NCBI GenBank assembly: GCA_048939015.1
Contig: JBHLPW010000001.1
Coordinates: forward strand, 64,001-128,000
Direction: 5' to 3'
Length of the DNA stretch: 64,000 nt
DNA from: Promethearchaeota archaeon
Lineage (GTDB): Archaea > Asgardarchaeota > Lokiarchaeia > Sigyniarchaeales > SOKP01
This document shows, piece after piece, positions 58,346 to 64,000 of this stretch. Both the position numbers and the translations under genes were made by a program. How positions within the stretch are numbered: the first letter of the stretch is position 1; each line of letters starts with the position of its first letter. Below the pieces are notes generated by a model. That model had not been told where the DNA came from. It did no database searches and worked only from the letters and a program-made list of their open reading frames with translations.

Positions 58346-59129
58346 CAAGGAATTCTCAGTAATTAAAAAATCTAGCTTTAGGAATTTTAAGATGCAAATA
58401 AAACGATCCTTTACTGTTACCAAAAAAGATTTAAAAATATATTATAATAAACCACCTGTTATAATCCAAGGAATATTTTTTCCAATTATCCTGTTTTTTG
58501 CTTTTACAGTAGGAAGAAACATATTACCGGTTTATCTCATTTCTGGAATAATAGCAATGGTTCTTTTTTTAACATCAACTTCATTAGGACCAATAATTTT
58601 TCCATGGGAAACTATGCGTGGTACATTTGAAAGATTAATAACTTGTCCGGTTTCAATTAAAACGATATTACTTGGTAGTATTTGGGGTTCATTTATATAT
58701 GGTTTGTTATTCTCATCCATTCCCTTAATTTTGGGAATGATTTTTCTCTCCAGTGGATTAGCCATTAATTATTTTCTAATTATATTTGCTATGATTATTT
58801 CTGCTTTAGTTTTTTCTAGCTTTAGTTTGATCATCTCTGCTCCACCAACAAGGAATCCAGGAAATACAATGATTTTACAAATTTTCATCAAATTTCCTTT
58901 ACTATTTATCAGCCCCCTTTTTATGCCAATAAAGGAAATTCCAACAGCAATAATATCTCCACTTACATATTCTCTTGATATATTAAATATAGGGTTAGGA
59001 GAAGTAAGTGCTTTTGGTAATTTCGGTTTACTTATAGATATTTTGGTCCTATTAGTATTCGGATTTGGGTTTCTATTTTTGGCTTTTGCTATTCATCAGA
59101 AAACACTTGAGAAAAGATTTCAAGGATAA
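58332..59129 (+). CDS. ABC-2 type transporter permease
   Basis: GTFERLITCPVS, SPLFMPI, SPLTY; about 6 TM; overlaps the ATPase stop. Confidence 0.92.
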   Translation: MVEINKEFSVIKKSSFRNFKMQIKRSFTVTKKDLKIYYNKPPVIIQGIFFPIILFFAFTVGRNILPVYLISGIIAMVLFLTSTSLGPIIFPWETMRGTFERLITCPVSIKTILLGSIWGSFIYGLLFSSIPLILGMIFLSSGLAINYFLIIFAMIISALVFSSFSLIISAPPTRNPGNTMILQIFIKFPLLFISPLFMPIKEIPTAIISPLTYSLDILNIGLGEVSAFGNFGLLIDILVLLVFGFGFLFLAFAIHQKTLEKRFQG

Positions 59130-59149
59130 ATAATAAACAAAAATTAACT

Positions 59150-59182
59150 AATAGTGGCTAACTGCCACTATTTATTATTTTT
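59150..59182 (+). terminator. Stem-loop plus T-rich tail after ABC operon
   Basis: aatagtggc-taact-gccactatt (perfect 9-bp stem), followed by tattattttt, 20 nt after the permease stop. Confidence 0.6.
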
Positions 59183-59346
59183 CTATATTAAAATGTTAAA
59201 TATATTCTAGTATCTAAAAACTTTAAGAGTGTTTTTGTAGACTCAAATTTCTTCTTTAATGCAGTTTTAGGTTAATTTCTGCCAACAACTATAAAAATAT
59301 GAAATTCATTTATATCTTTAAAAATTTTTTAAAATTTATTACAATC

Positions 59347-61056
59347 ATGGTCATGGATGGGGATACTAAAGGATATATATTAAAAGAGAGAATCTTTAAA
59401 GCTTTAAATTTTCCATCTGAAAAGACCATTTCAGCAAAATTAATAGCAGTTTGGGTAATTTTATCAAGTCTTATATATGGTACTATTGCAGTATTAGAAA
59501 CTAATATAACTTTACTACAACAATTCTATGTTATTTTTATTGCATTTTCATGCATTACTGGTTTTTCATTTACTTTAGAATATTTTCTCCGTATTTGGAT
59601 TTATAATCAAAAAGCTATAAAAGAGAGTTCACTTTCAAAACGATGGAATTATTTTACAAGCATTACAGGGTTAATTGATTTTCTAAGTGTTATTTCATTT
59701 GCAACATTTTTGATAGGTATTTTTATTTATGAAGTACTGGATTATACACGAATATTACGTTTAATAGTATTTCTTAAATTCGCTCGTTATTCTAGCTCTT
59801 TTCAAATTTTATTAGCTGTAATAAAACGAAAAAAAGAAGAATTATTGATTACTTTAATGCTTTCTTTAATTTTGATGTTTTTTGGAGCTATTTTTATATA
59901 TATTGCTGAACATGAAGCCCAACCAGACAAGATTACAAATCTATTTAGTTCTATGTGGTTTACAGCAATAAATCTGTTTACAATCGGATATGGGGATATT
60001 GTACCATTGACTCCATTTGGAAAAATAGTATCAGGAATTATATCCTTTATAGGAATAACTTTATTTTTATTACCAGCAAGCGTAATTGTATCAGGATTTC
60101 TCGAAGAAATTGAAGAAAGGAAACCTTCTTCAGAAATTTGCCCCAACTGTAAAGAAGATATTCCAAAATCAGAGTTTATAATTAAATTAAGAAGAAAGAA
60201 GAATAAAAAAAAAGCTTCAAAAATTTCTTTAAAAGGGAATTATAAAAAGAAGATATACAAATCAATTCAATTTAATTTTCCTACTAAATTAGGGCAAAAG
60301 ATCATATTTATTTTCTTTATAAGCATTATAACACTAAATATTCTGGCTATAATGGTTGGAACTAACCCAGAATTATCACTAGAACTTAGTAGCTTATTAA
60401 ATTCTTTGTTGCTATTTTCAATCATTATATTTACTATTGAATATTTATTACGAGTCTGGTGTATTGTTGCTTCAAAAAAAACTAAATATAAAGATCCTTT
60501 TAAAGGAAGAATAAGATATCTTTTTAGCCCAATAGCGATTATTGATATGATTACTCTTCTTACTTTATATTTTATGTTTTTTTTCAGTTATATTCAGATT
60601 TTAGTTTTATACCTCCAAGTATTAAGGATGTTAGTTATATTTAAAATTGGACATTTTATTGATGTGTTTAGAGTTGCCCGTTTAATTTTTAAGGAAACAA
60701 AGCGGGAGTTTTTCGTTACTGTCATTATCTGCAGTATATTTCTTATATTTGCTTCTACAATACTTTATTATCTTGAGAGAAATGCTCAACCAACTAAATT
60801 TGGAGATATTCCTACTACGTTATGGATGGGAATTATCACATTTACTACTACAGGTTTTGGTGATGTATACGCAATAACTACAGGTGGTCGTTTTTGTACA
60901 ATAGCACTAGCCTTTATTGGAGTATCACTTTTTATTTTACCTGCTGGTATTCTTGGATCCAACTTTTTTAGTACTATGCAAGCTTACCGCTATTATAAAA
61001 TCTGTCCAAAATGTGAATATATTATAACAAAACCAAAAATTAAAATTAGAATTTAA
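59347..61056 (+). CDS. Tandem two-domain (2x6TM) voltage-gated-type potassium channel
   Basis: Two full S1-S6 repeats: FTLEYFLRIW / FTIEYLLRVW, filters TIGYGD (59980-59997) and TTGFGD (60847-60864), each repeat ending in CPxC; start at ATG 59347 or 59353. Confidence 0.9.
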   Translation: MVMDGDTKGYILKERIFKALNFPSEKTISAKLIAVWVILSSLIYGTIAVLETNITLLQQFYVIFIAFSCITGFSFTLEYFLRIWIYNQKAIKESSLSKRWNYFTSITGLIDFLSVISFATFLIGIFIYEVLDYTRILRLIVFLKFARYSSSFQILLAVIKRKKEELLITLMLSLILMFFGAIFIYIAEHEAQPDKITNLFSSMWFTAINLFTIGYGDIVPLTPFGKIVSGIISFIGITLFLLPASVIVSGFLEEIEERKPSSEICPNCKEDIPKSEFIIKLRRKKNKKKASKISLKGNYKKKIYKSIQFNFPTKLGQKIIFIFFISIITLNILAIMVGTNPELSLELSSLLNSLLLFSIIIFTIEYLLRVWCIVASKKTKYKDPFKGRIRYLFSPIAIIDMITLLTLYFMFFFSYIQILVLYLQVLRMLVIFKIGHFIDVFRVARLIFKETKREFFVTVIICSIFLIFASTILYYLERNAQPTKFGDIPTTLWMGIITFTTTGFGDVYAITTGGRFCTIALAFIGVSLFILPAGILGSNFFSTMQAYRYYKICPKCEYIITKPKIKIRI

Positions 61057-61073
61057 AAAAAAAATTTGGAAAT

Positions 61074-62774
61074 TTAGATAACTGATACGGTAATGGTTAT
61101 CATTGATACGATAAAAGCGCTTATAATAGTGCCTGAGATTATATTTCCTGTTTTCCTATATAAAGCAACATACACAAAACTCGATAATAAAGTAGTAGGT
61201 ATGGTAATGGGCAGATAAACTCCAAAATTGAAAAAACTTCCGAATAAAAAGCTAAAGAAAAGCAGAAATACTATCATATACAAAATCTGTTCACCAAAAG
61301 TAATTAATCCCGATATTATTTGTCCCTTAATTCCATCTTTAACTTTGTTTTGGATTACTGTTTGGTTTAATAAACTGTATATAAGAAAAACAAAGAAGCA
61401 TATCACAAAACATATAAAAATATATAGAACTTTAGTTAGAGATGGTATTATTGCAAAATAGTTTAGCCCTACTGATAAATAGATGATTATGAACAGAATT
61501 GGTGTTAAAATTGCACCTAAAAGTAATTGGTTAATGAAATTATTTCTACTCTTAAATGGCCCAATTAAAACGTTCTTTAATGGAGTGTCTACTTTCTTCC
61601 CGAGTCTCCAAAGTAAAATTAAAAATGCAAACATTTGACCACATAAAAGCATTAAAACATTTCCGGCTGTAAATAAAGGAAAGAAATATAAAGGCATAAA
61701 AATAAGAATTCCTGGTAAACCAAGTATTAAAGAATATGCAACTGCTCGTAATGCTAAATTAGTTACTGATATATCAGGCAACTCTATTTTTAAAATCACT
61801 TCGTCCTCTCGGTTTACTTTTCTAATTTTTAAAATTAATTTGTAAATCGGATCAATAAGTAAAAAGAACAAACCCATACCACCAAATAGTTGAATTATCA
61901 AAATAACAAATCTTATGTTTACATAAAAGTTTTCATCAGGTTGTCTTACATCTGGAAATGTATTAATTACCCAATTTCTAGCTTCTCTTATAAAATCTTG
62001 ATCCCAAGCAAGCAATAAATGATTAGTATTATCATCTAGGAAGATCATAGAAGCGTTACCGTCTTGGAAGCTTCCATAAAGTTTATTTACATCGATATTA
62101 TCGGAAGTGGTATTGAGTCTTAACGCCATACCCTCTTTTAATCTTGATACAGTAGATACTTCATCAAATCGAGCTTGGATCATAAGAATATTTAAACTTC
62201 GATTAGAATTAGCTTTTATTGAATATTCGGGGTGATAGTCTGCTGTAGGTAGTCCCGTTCCAATTCCTATGAAACACTTAAAATCGGTATCTTCTGAAAT
62301 AATCTGAATTCCTGGGTACCCTCCCATGGAATAACCTATATATCCAATATTATTTATGTCAACATCATCTCTAGAATTTAAATATTCTTTAATTGCTCTA
62401 ACATCATCAATTATCTCTCCTCGATCGAGTTCCCCAAGACTTTGCCCGTGTCCTCTGAAATCAAATACCACGGCTATAAAACCTGCATTCGCTAATTCAA
62501 TCGCGTATCCTTTCAATATTTCTTTATTTGCCATGACACCATGTCCTATTATAATAGCTTTTTTATCGTTGTTGCCATTATATTTTTGATAAAAAGTTTC
62601 TTTTGGCTCAAATACATTAAAAGAGATAGTTACCCCATCCACTGTTTGAGTTGTTAATCCGTAGGTACTTTTAACACTCAGAGGTATAGTAAAGATCAAA
62701 ACAGTTCCAGTTATGAAAACAATAAGGAAAGTAAAAATTAGCAGTATCTTTTTTCTTGTCAAAATTCTACTCAT
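61074..62774 (-). CDS. Alpha/beta hydrolase with C-terminal multi-TM domain
   Basis: IIGHG, FDFRGHGQS, GYSMGG nucleophile elbow, RFDE, TNHL; hydrophobic C-terminal half. Confidence 0.87.
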   Translation of the reverse strand: MSRILTRKKILLIFTFLIVFITGTVLIFTIPLSVKSTYGLTTQTVDGVTISFNVFEPKETFYQKYNGNNDKKAIIIGHGVMANKEILKGYAIELANAGFIAVVFDFRGHGQSLGELDRGEIIDDVRAIKEYLNSRDDVDINNIGYIGYSMGGYPGIQIISEDTDFKCFIGIGTGLPTADYHPEYSIKANSNRSLNILMIQARFDEVSTVSRLKEGMALRLNTTSDNIDVNKLYGSFQDGNASMIFLDDNTNHLLLAWDQDFIREARNWVINTFPDVRQPDENFYVNIRFVILIIQLFGGMGLFFLLIDPIYKLILKIRKVNREDEVILKIELPDISVTNLALRAVAYSLILGLPGILIFMPLYFFPLFTAGNVLMLLCGQMFAFLILLWRLGKKVDTPLKNVLIGPFKSRNNFINQLLLGAILTPILFIIIYLSVGLNYFAIIPSLTKVLYIFICFVICFFVFLIYSLLNQTVIQNKVKDGIKGQIISGLITFGEQILYMIVFLLFFSFLFGSFFNFGVYLPITIPTTLLSSFVYVALYRKTGNIISGTIISAFIVSMITITVSVI

Positions 62775-63022
62775 ATGAATTTTCACATTTAATTTTTATT
62801 TAAAATATTATATTTAGTATTATTTATTCATTTAAATTAATTTTTTAACCAACCACGATTAATTGATTACTATTTTTATGAAAATAACTTTCAATATCTT
62901 TAAAGAGATAAATATTTTCAAAAACTCTACTAAATTTCATAGATATATCTTATTATTTAAATCATTATTTACCAATAATAAATTAGAAAAAAAGTTAGTG
63001 TTGGAATTTCGATTGAAATTCC

Positions 63023-64000
63023 TCATAGATTTAATTCTATTAATTTTTTTCTGTTAATATCTACCTTTTCTGGAGTTAATTTATAATAAAGGCCAAAAAC
63101 TACAGCTGCTAGTCCCATTAATATTGCAGGTATTAATGCAAAGTGAATTTGGATTCCTGTTTGAGCTATTGGCGTTATAGCATCTGGATCAAAATTAGTC
63201 AATATATGCACTAAACCAATACCTAATGCTTGAATAACAAATGCTGCGCGACTAAAAAATGTTTGAATTCCATTGTACATTCCTTCTCTTCGTTCACCAG
63301 TCTCAATCACAGCTTGATCTATTATATTTGCAAAAATAGGGCCCATCATAACCCAGAATCCTCCTTCTCCAGTCCCCCATATGAAAATCGCACCTATCAT
63401 TAAATTATAATCTCTGATAAAGAAAAGGATAAAAGTAGTTATAGCCAAGTAAATGGAAGCAATTAACATTGTCTGTCTATCATTGTTAGTTCTATGCGCT
63501 ATTAATGACCAAACTGGCATTGAAAAAATTATACCTACTAGCATAACGGCCATAACGATCATAATATCATCTTCCGATCTTAGGAATATAAATTCAGTTA
63601 CATAAGGAATCGAACCAACCATTAGGGAAACTAAAGATTGATATAGCGTGAACGCAATTATGTATGCCATGAAATTTTTATGTTTTATACATTTTCCAAA
63701 TTCTTTGAAGAATGATGTTCTTTCGAGTCCCTCTTCACAACTCTCTAAGTAGCAATCTATACGGAATTGGTCTTCTCGAGTTCCGGGGATAGATAATACC
63801 AAAGCAGCCATACAGACTACAACTACAACAACTGCTTGCATAATATACGATCTTGGTAATCCAAAAGTATAAAATAAAGGCGGAATAAGAGCACCTAATC
63901 CCGTTCCAAGAGCACCTATCATTGTACTTAGTGTGGATGCATTACGCCTCTCACTTCCACTACGAAACTTATCAGGAAATATAGAATAAAAGTTTACACC
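63023..64000 (-). CDS. MFS/GPH-family sugar:cation symporter, C-terminal part (5' end beyond window)
   Basis: Frame is open to the window edge (GVNFYSIFPDKFRSGSERR); TGERREGMYNGI is a GPH motif. Confidence 0.88.
   Translation of the reverse strand, partial: GVNFYSIFPDKFRSGSERRNASTLSTMIGALGTGLGALIPPLFYTFGLPRSYIMQAVVVVVVCMAALVLSIPGTREDQFRIDCYLESCEEGLERTSFFKEFGKCIKHKNFMAYIIAFTLYQSLVSLMVGSIPYVTEFIFLRSEDDIMIVMAVMLVGIIFSMPVWSLIAHRTNNDRQTMLIASIYLAITTFILFFIRDYNLMIGAIFIWGTGEGGFWVMMGPIFANIIDQAVIETGERREGMYNGIQTFFSRAAFVIQALGIGLVHILTNFDPDAITPIAQTGIQIHFALIPAILMGLAAVVFGLYYKLTPEKVDINRKKLIELNL

Noticed and set aside
17944-63057. Remaining short nested or AT-rich ORFs (e.g. 17944, 19128, 19465, 24321, 25038, 26944, 29613, 32486, 33269, 37363, 40750, 46791, 54085, 58532, 59802, 61228, 62356, 62863)
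   Set aside because: Shadows of real genes or low-complexity intergenic frames with no protein-like features
1-64000. tRNA/rRNA genes, IS elements, integrases, selenocysteine read-through
   Set aside because: No GC-rich structured RNA island, transposase or integrase motif, and no redox ORF visibly split at an in-frame TGA was seen by eye; tRNAscan-SE, Infernal and a SECIS search would be needed to exclude them formally

Overview
Gene-dense, AT-rich (visually about 30% GC) archaeal chromosomal segment, most consistent with an Asgard archaeon of the Lokiarchaeia/Promethearchaeota type. This assignment is inferred from gene content, not from a marker gene: an archaeal TFB, TrmB regulators, TATA-type promoters, frequent TTG starts, an SDS22-like LRR protein, SCP2 lipid-carrier proteins, expanded 4Fe-4S proteins and a longin-like domain. 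Contents: a FAD-oxidoreductase/HdrD-like/SCP2/CrtC-like cluster, a FixC/GGR-ferredoxin pair, class II fba, grpE-dnaK-dnaJ followed by a divergent tfb, pyk, a tungsten AOR, a beta-oxidation operon, GH4, a eukaryote-type xylulokinase, many regulator/target pairs with visible operators, an ABC-2 exporter and transporters. No rRNA, tRNA, CRISPR array or transposase was recognised. Main candidates for novelty: (1) a tandem 2x6TM K+-channel with two GYG/GFG filters and asymmetric S4 segments; (2) a response-regulator receiver fused to a longin/uDENN-like domain; (3) an ArsR, an unannotated Cys/His micro-protein and an ABC exporter forming one module; (4) a divergent TFB directly behind the Hsp70 operon, whose DnaJ lacks the zinc finger; (5) a probable ATT-initiated winged-helix gene heading the beta-oxidation operon. 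Two small genes missing from the ORF track (28215-28352 and 57185-57346) were found by hand translation.
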